Of a DNA stretch of 64,000 nucleotides, positions 48,101 to 57,509 are shown in pieces; the first letter of the stretch is position 1; each line of letters starts with the position of its first letter. The notes under the pieces were generated by a model. The model was not told the DNA's origin. It was given only the letters and a program-made list of their open reading frames with translations, and did not search any database. Source of the stretch: a virus (lineage: Duplodnaviria > Caudoviricetes); IMG/VR virus record IMGVR_UViG_3300042197_002404, positions 1,690 to 65,689 of that record; one strand, given 5' to 3'. Made by a program: the position numbers and the translations under genes.

Positions 48101-48217
48101 TGCAGGACCTCCTCCCACCATCTTTTCTTGTAGAGACTTTTGCATAGCAAGTCTTCCGCCATAGCGTCTGTGAAGTTCTGATGGTCTGTCTAAAAGTTTA
48201 TCTGCAGAGATAGCCAT
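45194..48217 (-). CDS. Tape-measure/hub-like protein with SleB-like cell-wall hydrolase and M15-like peptidase motifs
   Basis: REDG...VAQSIYNR...QYEP; YHNQNRALDIG...HSNHVHV. Confidence 0.65.
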   Translation of the reverse strand: MAISADKLLDRPSELHRRYGGRLAMQKSLQEKMVGGGPANIVLTKKSIKNIEIIKVKFVQIENIFKGTLASEKKALDEKKRRESNTRREKQEEKLETKPNAEKGSVKMPASPRMGILDWIKNFIGNILLGYFAVRLIDHLPKIMPIVKFLGNAADFIIDVGGKLLNGLVTFIDWGYKAYDATRGFIKGLGGENFAQGFDKFVGAIDTTLFLATAIAGDLLLESLSGDGGGGLGDIVGDQLKKRGAQKVATSVAGKAGTAAKAGGVGAAAAAAIVAGAGLLASALGEGAFQLRKFAVKPIQKLEDDQKNDKNPLTRFGRGVVLNMVRPLFGLFQTVGFLLDVVGAPFRYAIELLRYPFLSEEDKIKQANNLAKFDARIREDLRKALNMLTLGLAFKEKGSFGNIYGNKGSQKQMMGKMAGGGITRGGRSQTGARRTIGGTKKKGQYKRALAQKPSKIEIKTEDKTLKETGEQLDKTKYFGPILAISSKIMAKQEPTQKDYENVGLGINLLISKGIEEDQLKGGLVAAFAGGGLVDDEFLEAAEKGSDITNWVARTFKGEIESNAQKTLRLIREKIDEKKGPAGVSGPGQPGSPDMINIQGGDVDFWTLVAVASREDGDPQAWADVAQSIYNRLASGAYTGKTIKDLILGQMQYEPTWKFPKPGVTGKPNQEWYSIKDAASAGIAAGQSEGAMKKVAAAILDPTLQKNAREFIQGRTDFRGYSVSGGAQRKSGDNYFGWYNNYRANKVGSVPNFGATATTGGSGPGGSFVGGGTGSGYGTGGVKIAGDLGDYMKANRGKIGVTGDIHQHPRHPKQEKRNYFSYHNQNRALDIGGYGPAHPSSGGRDEQAPVIRALLEWNKRNGYQPVEIIHGSPAFKGLGKYESGPRDLHSNHVHVAYHRGKVRSGKETIARILKDEKVLDPDTSKALDQINPLLAYQLNKASTKEGVLKVLQSYAGYELPYAEPQIIEVPVEVSSGDMGDYSSSSAGESRFIPIFSENDSFESLYVGG

Positions 48218-48228
48218 TTATATGTCTC

Positions 48229-50646
48229 CTAAAAAATACCAAGAATTTTTTGTCTTGCTTTTCTATTTCCATCCTTAGGACACGTCGCACCAAAATTTGG
48301 TGTTTTTACTGAAGGAGATGATCCACCTCTTTTAGCATTCTGCCTTGCTTGCATTTTTTGAGCATAAGTTTGTGATTGTGGTTTTGGTGGAGGTGAGACT
48401 GGTTTTACTTTAGGTTTATTTGCGGCAGCTGCAAGTTTAAGTTCCTGTTGCTTATAATTAGATCCAAGATTTGAAACCTTACCTGCGTTCTGAGCTGCAA
48501 TAACATTTGAAGCAGAATAATTCGCCATCCCAGCTTGTTTTTTCATTTCTGCTTCATTCTTTATTCTTACTTCCTTTGCCTTAAGATCATTAACTGCACG
48601 AGAGTATGCATTAGGTCCAAGTCTCATATTCAACATCTCTTTGACCTTTTCCTCAGGCATTACTTTTCGATAATCCTGTAGATCACTTATTGCGGTAAGT
48701 CTTAATGTTCTTGCATTTAAAGTTTCTTCTTTTGCTTTCGCACCTTTAGGGTCAAAAAAGTTTGTAATATTTTCTAATAGTCCTTTCTTTCTTTGTGTTG
48801 CTCTTTGATATGTTGGTTCTCCATTCTTAAACGCAAGATATCCAACAAAAGGACCATCAGGACCCATCATAATTTTTGTTTTGGGTAAATTCTTCTTATC
48901 TTCTCTTGTTACTCCACCACCAGATCCACGATATGACTTATTCGTTGCCCCGTACTTATCAACCTGTCCGGCAAGACCTTTTGTGAAATTAGAAACATAG
49001 ATGACATCATTTCCCCTTTTCATAGCAAAATATCTTTTGCCCGCAAGAGTTATTTCATTTTCATAAGACCCACCAGGAGGAAGAGAAACTTTGATTGCCT
49101 CTCTACCCATAAAAGTTGTTGGAACACCTTTTCCAATATTAGAACCAAGACCTGCACCTTTAATAGTAATACCTTGTCCAGAAGCAAGTGCTCTTTGAGA
49201 TTGCATTTGTTGTTCTATTCTTTTCAGTCTTGCACTCAAATTTTGTTGTGATAGGTCTTCTTTACGATCAGCAATCATTCCTCCAGAATATCCGGTTATC
49301 TTATCAAGTTCCCTTTCCCTCTTTTCAAGTATTGGATCTTTGATTTTTTCTTTCTTTTCTTCCTGGGTTCCAATATAACCGCCACCTTGAGCATAAGTAG
49401 TGCCACTTACCATCTTTGGTCTGTTTGTTCCTCCACCTGCAGCGTTCATAGATTCAAGAGTGTCAACACCATACTTTGCAACAGCACCGCGAGACATAAC
49501 AAACTCACCATCACTAAGCATCGCTGGGACTTTATCAACACCCTTCTCTCCGCTTACAAATCCACCAAACATTTCTTGAGGTTTACCAGATCCACCAAGT
49601 AACATTCCAAGAGGACCAAACATAGATCCTAGAGAGGCACCACCCATCATTCCCTTAAAGTTAAATCCACCACCCGAGAATGTTGGGAATCTTGGTTTTA
49701 CGTATCCACCACCTGCAAATTTTTGGGTTTCTTGTTTGTCTTCTCCACCCTTCAATCCTTGAGTAAGTGCATAAGTTCCCCCAAGGGCAACTCCAGTACC
49801 TATAACACTTGCAAGAAGTTTTCCTTTTCCCCCACCAAGAAAACCTGCAACTTTTCTAGCACCTCTTATCTTTTTAGCAGCAGCTAGTTTGGCAATAAGA
49901 GCAATAAGTTTGAATGAACCTAAAGTAACTGCTTTAAAAAGTCCTTTTGCAAATCTACCAAAACTTGTGCCAAATACAAGGTAAAGAGATAAAAGTTTTG
50001 GCCAGTTATCTCCTAAAAATCTAATAATAGAGTTTACTTTCTTAGCATTACTTGGATCACCAAACCATTCAAGTAATTTAAAAACTACTCTACCAAGGAA
50101 AACGGTTACAAAAAAATCTATTATCCTATCTAAAATGCTTTTTACTGGTGCTATAACTTTTTCAGCATCTCTTTTTAACCCATCGAATCTCTTTTCAAGA
50201 TTACTTTCTGCAAGTGACCTTTTATCTTGCTCTGCTTTTCTTTTATCAAAAGCAGCAGTATCGTCTAGAAGTTTTTTTCTTCCCGATAATATCTCTGCTA
50301 TTGAACTTACGGATTCCGCGATAGCAGAGATATTATCTTCTACATTTGAAGTAGAACTTCCAGGCAACTTAGCACCAATATTTTCTCCCCCCATTCTTCC
50401 ACTTTGAGATTGTGAAAGATTCTTAAGAACAGTAATTTTTCTAGAGTTATTATTGACTGTTTTTTCTAAAGAAATAACTCTCCCAACAAGTTTCCTGGTA
50501 TGTCCAGCAAGACTTGAAAGTGTTTTATGTATATTCGCAATACTTTTAGAAGAATCTAAGGAGCTCCCTCTCTTAAAACTTTCAGCAGAGATTACAGTTT
50601 TTTTAAGTTGTGAATCTAAATCTGTTAAGTCTTTAGAAATGGGCAT
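48229..50646 (-). CDS. Tape-measure-like tail protein
   Basis: Coiled-coil N-terminus; GVDKVPAMLSDGEFVMSRGAV motif; follows gp51. Confidence 0.6.
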   Translation of the reverse strand: MPISKDLTDLDSQLKKTVISAESFKRGSSLDSSKSIANIHKTLSSLAGHTRKLVGRVISLEKTVNNNSRKITVLKNLSQSQSGRMGGENIGAKLPGSSTSNVEDNISAIAESVSSIAEILSGRKKLLDDTAAFDKRKAEQDKRSLAESNLEKRFDGLKRDAEKVIAPVKSILDRIIDFFVTVFLGRVVFKLLEWFGDPSNAKKVNSIIRFLGDNWPKLLSLYLVFGTSFGRFAKGLFKAVTLGSFKLIALIAKLAAAKKIRGARKVAGFLGGGKGKLLASVIGTGVALGGTYALTQGLKGGEDKQETQKFAGGGYVKPRFPTFSGGGFNFKGMMGGASLGSMFGPLGMLLGGSGKPQEMFGGFVSGEKGVDKVPAMLSDGEFVMSRGAVAKYGVDTLESMNAAGGGTNRPKMVSGTTYAQGGGYIGTQEEKKEKIKDPILEKRERELDKITGYSGGMIADRKEDLSQQNLSARLKRIEQQMQSQRALASGQGITIKGAGLGSNIGKGVPTTFMGREAIKVSLPPGGSYENEITLAGKRYFAMKRGNDVIYVSNFTKGLAGQVDKYGATNKSYRGSGGGVTREDKKNLPKTKIMMGPDGPFVGYLAFKNGEPTYQRATQRKKGLLENITNFFDPKGAKAKEETLNARTLRLTAISDLQDYRKVMPEEKVKEMLNMRLGPNAYSRAVNDLKAKEVRIKNEAEMKKQAGMANYSASNVIAAQNAGKVSNLGSNYKQQELKLAAAANKPKVKPVSPPPKPQSQTYAQKMQARQNAKRGGSSPSVKTPNFGATCPKDGNRKARQKILGIF

Positions 50647-50821
50647 TACTCATCTGCTGCTGTTGTTTTAGTTGCTCTTCTTCAAGATGCTGTTGTAATA
50701 ATGCAACATAGATGTCTCTTTCCCAAGGAATCATATTTTCAATCTCCCATAAAGAGTATTTATGGTACTGCATTAAGGAAAAGTTTAAACGAAAATAGTT
50801 TTCAAGATCCATATGGATCAT
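50633..50821 (-). CDS. gp51-like baseplate hub assembly catalyst
   Basis: NFSLMQYHKYSLWEIENMIPWERDIYV. Confidence 0.8.
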   Translation of the reverse strand: MIHMDLENYFRLNFSLMQYHKYSLWEIENMIPWERDIYVALLQQHLEEEQLKQQQQMSNAHF

Positions 50822-50823
50822 CG

Positions 50824-51543
50824 CTACGCGAAAAAAGACGCTAAGCCCTCAAGTACAACTTCGCTTTCAACTTTGGTATTTGGATTTGTGACTTTAATCG
50901 TATGAGAAAGTTTTGGCATCGTTTCAAAAAACTTCTCAATATCTTTAAACTGAGAAGAGTTCATAGATTCTAAAAATTCACCAATCTCTTTTTTCGTAAC
51001 GTCTGCCGCAGACCATACTTCATCTTCAGTATAAATCTTATCAATACAAGATCCAATCAACTCAAATGATTGATCCATCGCATTCTTATCATTAAAGTCA
51101 AAGTTGTTTTTGATAAACTGATCTAAAGATGGATATTTCATTTCCATCATAATATTATCATCAAGTTTGATTCTGTTAGTATGCTCTTCACTTTTTTGAA
51201 CTTCAATATCATCAAGATTAATCTTTACAGGAACTTGAGTCTCTCCATCATCGGGACAGATAACATTAACTTCAAGTTCCTCCCCAACAGACTTACCACG
51301 AATGTTGAGGAATAGATATTCGATATCAAAAGTAGGAAGTGATTCTACCTTAATGCTTTTCGTGAGAATACAATTTTTGATAACTGTTTTAATCGCCGTG
51401 GTGATTTGCTTTGTGTCTTCACTTTCTAAAGCAATCACAAGAAGTTTTTCTTCTTTAACTAGAAAGGGTCTATATTGAATTGTTTCTCCAGTTGATGGCA
51501 ATTCAAGTTCATAAGATGGTGTAGAAATCTTTGGTAAAGGCAT
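50824..51543 (-). CDS. gp26-like baseplate hub subunit
   Basis: MPLPKI..P.YELELPS...YRPFLVKEEKLL...FDIEYLFLNIRGKSVGE. Confidence 0.85.
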   Translation of the reverse strand: MPLPKISTPSYELELPSTGETIQYRPFLVKEEKLLVIALESEDTKQITTAIKTVIKNCILTKSIKVESLPTFDIEYLFLNIRGKSVGEELEVNVICPDDGETQVPVKINLDDIEVQKSEEHTNRIKLDDNIMMEMKYPSLDQFIKNNFDFNDKNAMDQSFELIGSCIDKIYTEDEVWSAADVTKKEIGEFLESMNSSQFKDIEKFFETMPKLSHTIKVTNPNTKVESEVVLEGLASFFA

Positions 51544-51583
51544 AATGTCCTATAGAAGTTTTCAGGTGTGATTATTTAGATGC

Positions 51584-52408
51584 TCAAAGTAAACTTACTC
51601 CAGAAAAAGTGAGACTAACATTATTTCCAGAAGCCTGTGAAGAAGAAAGAGGAACCCCACCAGTAGTAAGTGGAGTAACGCCTAGATTTGCATTAGAATT
51701 AAATGAAATACTATTAATTCTTGCTAATTGTTCTGGTGTTAAATTAACATTAGATTGTGGAAGGGTTTCTGTTTTATTGGATTCTTGTATTAAAACATAT
51801 CTAATATAAGTCATAGAAACTGTACATTTAAGTAAAGAAGATGAATCATATGAAATTGGCATCGATGTAATGCTAATTGGAAAAGATTTTATAAACTCAT
51901 ATTCCAATTTTTGTTTATAATCTCTTTCAAACTTTATGACTTTTAATCCTTTAGCAGTATATCCCCCAGCACCTTCAGGATATCTAACCCTGTAAAAATA
52001 GTTAGGATCTTCAGATCCAACACCGTTTCTTTTTACTCTACTTTCATCTACAATATATTTTATCCAAGTTTCAAAAAATCTAATTGGCAGATAATTTTCA
52101 GCATCAACATAAAACGTTAAATCAATACGATCATCATAAATTCTTCTGTATGCGTGTCTCTCTGTTACACCATGAAAATTGTCATTAACATCAAAAGTAG
52201 CTATATTAGATCCCGGAAGAGTTGCTTCTGAACACATTAATTGTAATCGTGTTTGATCAGTAATACTATAAGGAACTTCATTTAAACCCAAAAATCTTCT
52301 AAATTCTGCTGCGTCACTAGGAAGTCCAATCTCTACCTCAAAATGAGATGTGAGTGCAGGTCTCAATAAGTTAGATTTAATGTCTGCTATTTTCCTTGCG
52401 GTAGGCAT
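51584..52408 (-). CDS. gp54/gp19-like tail tube initiator
   Basis: CSEATLPG...LTFYVD...FFETW...FPISI; T4-like synteny next to gp4. Confidence 0.7.
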   Translation of the reverse strand: MPTARKIADIKSNLLRPALTSHFEVEIGLPSDAAEFRRFLGLNEVPYSITDQTRLQLMCSEATLPGSNIATFDVNDNFHGVTERHAYRRIYDDRIDLTFYVDAENYLPIRFFETWIKYIVDESRVKRNGVGSEDPNYFYRVRYPEGAGGYTAKGLKVIKFERDYKQKLEYEFIKSFPISITSMPISYDSSSLLKCTVSMTYIRYVLIQESNKTETLPQSNVNLTPEQLARINSISFNSNANLGVTPLTTGGVPLSSSQASGNNVSLTFSGVSLL

Positions 52409-52409
52409 T

Positions 52410-52433
52410 TATAAATACTTTTTGATCTTTATA
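52410..52433. promoter_or_regulatory. Overlapping divergent late promoters
   Basis: TATAAATA on + (52410-52417) and TATAAAGA on - (52426-52433) in a 33-bp gap. Confidence 0.55.
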
Positions 52434-52441
52434 TATTATGT

Positions 52442-52885
52442 ATGGCAGAAAGTATTAAGAGTAAATACAAACCATCTTATCCCAAAAAATATAAAGGAAA
52501 TCCAGACAATATTATTTGTCGTAGTAGTTGGGAAAGAAAATTTTGCAATTGGTGTGATCTGAATGAAAATATTTTAGAGTGGGGAAGTGAAGAGTTTTAT
52601 ATTCCATACATTTCTCCAGTAGATAATCGTGTACACAAATATTTTCCAGATTTTATTATTAAAGTGAAGGAAAGTAGTGGTCAGATAAAAACTTATGTAG
52701 TTGAAGTTAAACCAAAAAAACAAATAAAACCTCCCGTGAAAAAATCAAGAGTTACAAAATCCTATATTCACGAATGTGTGACATATGAAGTCAATCAAGC
52801 AAAGTGGAAAGCAGCAAAAGAATTTTGTGCAGATAGACTGATAGAGTTTATGATCATTACGGAAGACGAACTAGGTATCAAGTAA
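52442..52885 (+). CDS. gp4-like head completion nuclease
   Basis: KYKGNP..I..RSSWE...W.SEE..IPY.SP.D...Y.PDF...EVKP...NQAKW. Confidence 0.9.
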   Translation: MAESIKSKYKPSYPKKYKGNPDNIICRSSWERKFCNWCDLNENILEWGSEEFYIPYISPVDNRVHKYFPDFIIKVKESSGQIKTYVVEVKPKKQIKPPVKKSRVTKSYIHECVTYEVNQAKWKAAKEFCADRLIEFMIITEDELGIK

Positions 52886-53274
52886 TGGCAGAAGGTTTCG
52901 GTCAATACAAAGGAACAGGAAGTGCAAGAACAAGAGAACTTCAGAGAAGAGTTGTAGCAAGTGGTTCTGCGGATCCAGAAGATATAATGCTATTAATAAT
53001 GGATATATTTAAAGAAGAAGTATTGTATCCAGAACCAGGAAAGTTTTATACATTTATATACAATCCCAAAACACCAAATATAGAATATGATCAACATCCA
53101 CTCATCGCTTGCACTTCTTTAGAACGATGGGGATTTAAGGGAATAAACTTCCACTGGAGGCAAGGAAGGCAATACACTTGGGAAGAAGTTGCTGGCAAAT
53201 TGCATGTAGTTAAATATAATGAGCTTGATGAGTTGCTTTCCTTACAGTATGGAAAATTCCGTCTAAATAAATAA
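52885..53274 (+). CDS. gp2-like DNA end protector (short form)
   Basis: PGKFYTFIY.PKT...YDQHPLI...GF.GINFH. Confidence 0.65.
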   Translation: MAEGFGQYKGTGSARTRELQRRVVASGSADPEDIMLLIMDIFKEEVLYPEPGKFYTFIYNPKTPNIEYDQHPLIACTSLERWGFKGINFHWRQGRQYTWEEVAGKLHVVKYNELDELLSLQYGKFRLNK

Positions 53275-53285
53275 AAACCCTTCTA

Positions 53286-54599
53286 ATGGCAGGAACATAC
53301 GGAGAACCTGGTAAAAATACGTTTGCTGTTCCAGGAATTTCAGGTATCTTATCGCCTGTTGTAGATGATACAACAGGCATAACTCAAGTTTATAAGCAAG
53401 GTGCATTTAATACATTTCAAAGTTTAGGAACATATAACCCATCAACAAATAAGTTTACTCCAGATCCAAATGCCGGAAACTTAACACAAAATGAAATAAA
53501 AGCATTATCAAGTGAAAAGGGAATAACAACGATCAAAGACTCTGCAAAAACAACAGTATCAAAGGGTGTTCAATCTGCAGGAGGAACTCCAGAAGCAGGT
53601 CAAGCAGCAGCAAACAAACTAATATCACCAAATAGTGCAAATAATCCAGATGGAACTGGCGATGGATCTCAACCAGTTGATTTAAAGATTGAAAGTAGTG
53701 GATTATCAAGAAACAAATCTTCTTCATTTGGAAAATATATATATCCCCTTGATATTGCTAATACGAAGCAAGATGTGATTAAATTTACGATGTTAAAATA
53801 TGAACCAAGAAAATTTCAAACTGGACAAGATAATCTTGGAGGATTTGCCGAAAGAACAAAAAATAGAACACTTTTGGGAACAGTTGTTTTACCAATACCA
53901 TCAGGAATATCTGAAAGTAATGGCGTAAGTTGGGGTCAAGATACTATGGACCCAGCCAAAGCATTATTAGCAAATATTGCTTTGGCTGGAATAAAAGGTG
54001 GATTCGGTGCAGCAGCAGATACTGTAGGAGGTGCTGTGGAAGGAGTTGCTGCAAATTCTGGAGAAGTTAAAAATGCAGTAGCAACAAAATTTACAGAAGC
54101 ATCGACTGGTATTGGTGGATTACTTGCAAGAACTCAAGGTGCTATTTTTAATCCAAATATGGAACTTCTATTTAATGCACCGACACTAAGACCTTTTAAT
54201 TTTACATTTAAAATGTCTGCAAGAAGTCCAAATGAAGCAAAACAAATAATTCAAATCATAAGATTTTTTAAGCAAGGAATGTCGCCACAAAAGTCAATAT
54301 CAAATTTATATTTAAAATCTCCTCACACATTTAATATAAATTATCTTTATAGACCAAAAGGTGCTGATGCAGATCATCCTTATATTGGAGCAATTAAAGA
54401 ATGTGCTCTCCAATCATTCATAGTTAACTACACACCAGAAGGTCAATATGCAACATTTCTTGATGGTGTAATGGTATCTTATGAAATACAAATGACTTTC
54501 CAAGAACTTGAACCAGTATTTAATGAAGATTATGGAAATACTGGAAGTTCTATGCCACAAGATTTACTTTTTAGAGAATCTCAAAGTTCAAAACCATAA
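53286..54599 (+). CDS. gp48-like baseplate tail-tube cap
   Basis: NPNMELLF.APTLR.FNFTFKM...I..FFK...VNYTP...FQELEP. Confidence 0.85.
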   Translation: MAGTYGEPGKNTFAVPGISGILSPVVDDTTGITQVYKQGAFNTFQSLGTYNPSTNKFTPDPNAGNLTQNEIKALSSEKGITTIKDSAKTTVSKGVQSAGGTPEAGQAAANKLISPNSANNPDGTGDGSQPVDLKIESSGLSRNKSSSFGKYIYPLDIANTKQDVIKFTMLKYEPRKFQTGQDNLGGFAERTKNRTLLGTVVLPIPSGISESNGVSWGQDTMDPAKALLANIALAGIKGGFGAAADTVGGAVEGVAANSGEVKNAVATKFTEASTGIGGLLARTQGAIFNPNMELLFNAPTLRPFNFTFKMSARSPNEAKQIIQIIRFFKQGMSPQKSISNLYLKSPHTFNINYLYRPKGADADHPYIGAIKECALQSFIVNYTPEGQYATFLDGVMVSYEIQMTFQELEPVFNEDYGNTGSSMPQDLLFRESQSSKP

Positions 54600-54603
54600 A
54601 AAA

Positions 54604-55278
54604 ATGTCAGATTACTTCCGCAGACTTCCCGATTTTGAATACGTTAGCAGATTACCAAATGCTAAAATATCTGATTACGTTCCTGTAAAAAATCTTTTTA
54701 AGAAAGGAAAACTGAGAGAGGATATTTTCCAAGACCTATCAGTTTTCACAAAATATAAAATTGAAGGTGATGATAGACCAGATAACGTTGCATTCAAGTT
54801 CTATAACAACTCTAACTTAGATTGGTTGGTTTTAGTATGCAATAATGTAATCAATATTCAAACCGAATGGCCATTACCACAAAACGATTTTGATAGATTT
54901 GTTCTTGACAAGTATGGTGATTATGACACTCTGTATAATGGAGTGCATCATTATGAAACCGTTGAAATTAAAAATAGTCAAGGTGTTGTGATTGTTCCTG
55001 CAGGACTTCAAGTAGAATCTGATTATTCCGTTTCTTTCTATGACTTCTTTATTGATCAACAAATAACAATATCAAGTGATAATGCCGTTATTACTGTAAC
55101 AAACTATGAGTATGAGGAACAAGTAGAAAATGATAAAAGGAATATTTTCTTACTAAAACCAAGATACTTAAATATTGTACTTGATGATTTAGAAGACATT
55201 ATGACATACAGAAAAGGTTCCACTCAATATAAGAGTGAAACCATGAAGACTGCTGATAATATTAGACTATTTCAGTAG
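54604..55278 (+). CDS. gp53-like baseplate wedge protein
   Basis: MSDYFRRLP...RPDNVAFKFY...DWLVL..N...EWP...HHYET...NYEYE...KRNI. Confidence 0.85.
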   Translation: MSDYFRRLPDFEYVSRLPNAKISDYVPVKNLFKKGKLREDIFQDLSVFTKYKIEGDDRPDNVAFKFYNNSNLDWLVLVCNNVINIQTEWPLPQNDFDRFVLDKYGDYDTLYNGVHHYETVEIKNSQGVVIVPAGLQVESDYSVSFYDFFIDQQITISSDNAVITVTNYEYEEQVENDKRNIFLLKPRYLNIVLDDLEDIMTYRKGSTQYKSETMKTADNIRLFQ

Positions 55279-55335
55279 TAGATTTGCATAAGCTGCTATG
55301 ACCAAAAGAGTCAAGCAGATTTGATTATACTTCAC
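55267..55335 (-). CDS. Possible 22-aa hydrophobic micropeptide
   Basis: GTG start overlapping the gp32 stop: MKYNQICLTLLVIAAYANLLLK. Confidence 0.35.
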   Translation of the reverse strand: MKYNQICLTLLVIAAYANLLLK

Positions 55336-56261
55336 TCCTCGGCAAGACGCTGGAAGTAAGAGAGAGCATCATCTTCGTCTTCATCATTTGAAGGACGAAG
55401 AACAGAAGATTCTACTGCAGGAAGTTCAGGTTCAGGACGACGTGAAGTAAAATCTGGAGTATAGGTTCCACGATCATTATCTTCATCTTCTACTTCTTCA
55501 TCCAGACGAGGACGATCGGCAGACTTTTGACCCAGAACATACTTCAGACGCTTTTCAAGATCTTCATAAGACTTGAACTGATCAGTAGCAGTTACCGCTG
55601 CGAGAGAGTACTCTTTCTTCCAGACGGATTCAAGAGCATCATCATCATCCAAGAGTGGTGCAACGCGGTCAAATTCTGACTTGTCATAGTTCCAATACCC
55701 ATCTTTCTTTACGATTTTGAGTTTGAAGTTAGCACCCTGCCAGAAGTCAAAAGGATTGATAGGAGTTTCATCCTCAAACTCAGGTTGCATGGCTTCCATA
55801 ATCTTATCAAAGATTTTCTTGCCATACTTGAACAGGAAGACACGACCTTCGTTTGCAGGATTAGCAGGATCTTTTACAACGTAGATGTTGCTGTAGTAAG
55901 ACAGTTTACGCTTCTGCTTACGAACAGTTTCTTTATCTGCTTCACTACCACTATTCCAAAGTTCGCGGTTGTATTCAGAAACTGGATCTTTACCACCAAC
56001 AGTAGTCAAGGAGTTTTCAATATACCAACCACCAGGACCTTGGAATGCATGAGAGTACATCTTAGCCCAGGGAAGTTCTTCACCCTCAGGTGCAGGAAGG
56101 AAACGAATGACTGCAAAACCGTTGCCAGTCTTATCCATTTCGGGTTTCCAGAGACGCTCATCAGCACCGTTGGAAGTTGTGCTCATCTTCTCTACTTCCT
56201 TTACCAGTTTCGCAGTCAGCGAACCAAGAGAAGATTGCTTTTTGAGATCGTTAAAAGACAT
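55332..56261 (-). CDS. gp32 single-stranded DNA-binding protein
   Basis: D.RLWKP..DK.GNG.AVIRFLP...YIENSLTT...FKYGKKIFDKI...NYDKSEF; acidic tail; start MSFNDLKK. Confidence 0.95.
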   Translation of the reverse strand: MSFNDLKKQSSLGSLTAKLVKEVEKMSTTSNGADERLWKPEMDKTGNGFAVIRFLPAPEGEELPWAKMYSHAFQGPGGWYIENSLTTVGGKDPVSEYNRELWNSGSEADKETVRKQKRKLSYYSNIYVVKDPANPANEGRVFLFKYGKKIFDKIMEAMQPEFEDETPINPFDFWQGANFKLKIVKKDGYWNYDKSEFDRVAPLLDDDDALESVWKKEYSLAAVTATDQFKSYEDLEKRLKYVLGQKSADRPRLDEEVEDEDNDRGTYTPDFTSRRPEPELPAVESSVLRPSNDEDEDDALSYFQRLAEE

Positions 56262-56307
56262 TAGATTACCTCGTATTTGTAAGGATTTGGCTTTTGTGTA
56301 CTTCGTT

Positions 56308-56336
56308 ATTCTACAGGTCGGAACCCGTCTTGTCAA
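56308..56336 (-). promoter_or_regulatory. Sigma70-like promoter of gp32
   Basis: TTGACA-N17-TAGAAT. Confidence 0.7.
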
Positions 56337-56655
56337 TCTGCTGCTTCATCACATCTAGCATACTTGACATATTATTGAAGATCACATTCATATCAACATT
56401 TGATGGAAGACCCATCATAGAAGCAGACTCCGCAATTCGTTCCTTCATCTGAATCGCTTCTGGGTCATCAGATAAACTTAAACGAGTATACAGAACCTTT
56501 TGTTTATCAAGAAGTTTTTCCAAGAGTTTTACATGCTCTAGTTTTTCTTCTTTTGTCATCGTGGGAAACTTAAAGACATTTTTATAAACATCTTCTTGCA
56601 TCTCACCAATTTCAGTCATCTCTGCACGGACAACTTCAGATTTGAAGAAACTCAT
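56311..56655 (-). CDS. DUF1825-like cyanobacterial/cyanophage protein
   Basis: FFKSEVV...LL.KQ..LY.RL.LSDDPEA. Confidence 0.65.
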   Translation of the reverse strand: MSFFKSEVVRAEMTEIGEMQEDVYKNVFKFPTMTKEEKLEHVKLLEKLLDKQKVLYTRLSLSDDPEAIQMKERIAESASMMGLPSNVDMNVIFNNMSSMLDVMKQQIDKTGSDL

Positions 56656-57248
56656 TTTTCTCCTAAAATAACTTCTTTCAAAAGTTTGCGATAACGCTGT
56701 ACATCAATATTTAGAAAGGGACTGTACTTTTTCATTTTCATACTGACGGTTTCCCACACAGGGTCCAAAAGTTTCTTATCAAAATCTTTCCCGAACAGGA
56801 ATATTTTATCATAGATTACCAAGGTTTCTATACTAATATTCCCGTTCAGGAAATTTTTTAAGACGGGTGGATGACCTTTTTTACAGTCAAATACTTCATC
56901 TACCTTTAGGTCTTCAAAAAGTTTTTGAGTTTCTTCTTTAAAAACATAAGAAAGTGATTGATTTCTTTTCTTCCATGCTTCATATCTTTCCTCACCTTCT
57001 CTCATCATTTCTCCTATCCAAAGTTTACTTGGATCAGTACAGGTGATAAAGTTTGATACAAAGAACTCAACGATTTCTTGATCTGTTTTTTGTCTGGAGA
57101 CTTTTTCGAACCAGAAACGATCTTTCCGTTTGTAGAAAGATTGTACAGTCGCACGACTTTTACCACAGTATTTGTGGTAGTCGTAACTGTCTTTCGTAAA
57201 ATGATTCTTTAAAGACAGATAACAACGATAGGCATCAACCGGCATCAT
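56652..57248 (-). CDS. gp59 helicase loader
   Basis: YLSLKNHF....YDY.KY.GK...F.KRKD..WF...ISIETL. Confidence 0.85.
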   Translation of the reverse strand: MMPVDAYRCYLSLKNHFTKDSYDYHKYCGKSRATVQSFYKRKDRFWFEKVSRQKTDQEIVEFFVSNFITCTDPSKLWIGEMMREGEERYEAWKKRNQSLSYVFKEETQKLFEDLKVDEVFDCKKGHPPVLKNFLNGNISIETLVIYDKIFLFGKDFDKKLLDPVWETVSMKMKKYSPFLNIDVQRYRKLLKEVILGEK

Positions 57249-57251
57249 TTA

Positions 57252-57509
57252 TCAAAGGGGTAGTCTTGCTCTCGAACTCCTCTTAAGAAAATTAAGTTCC
57301 ATAGCCTCATACTTAATTTTCTCTTTCAGAGGTTTCGAAATAAGTTTAGGTACTGATTCTACATCAATATTATTCTTTTCGCAAAAATGAACGATTGCGT
57401 CAATATAACTCATGTCATCATTAGCATGAACAAGAGATTCAATTTCCTGAGCAAATCTTGACGGACAAAAGAATTTACCTTCTAATGCTTTTTCTAATTC
57501 ATTCTCCAT
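57252..57509 (-). CDS. gp33 late-promoter co-activator
   Basis: F..EIE...YIDAI..FCE.N.ID......LIS..LKEKI..EA..LNFL. Confidence 0.9.
   Translation of the reverse strand: MENELEKALEGKFFCPSRFAQEIESLVHANDDMSYIDAIVHFCEKNNIDVESVPKLISKPLKEKIKYEAMELNFLKRSSRARLPL

Noticed and set aside
25411-51809. Plus-strand and off-frame ORFs inside large structural genes (e.g. 36974..37276, 37483..37920, 45190..45420)
   Set aside because: Antisense or alternate-frame artefacts with no recognisable motifs.
32587-56336. Longer ORF-track starts at 32643 (endonuclease 2), 54508 (gp53) and 56336 (gp32)
   Set aside because: These extensions run through promoters or neighbouring genes; downstream ATGs match family N-termini.
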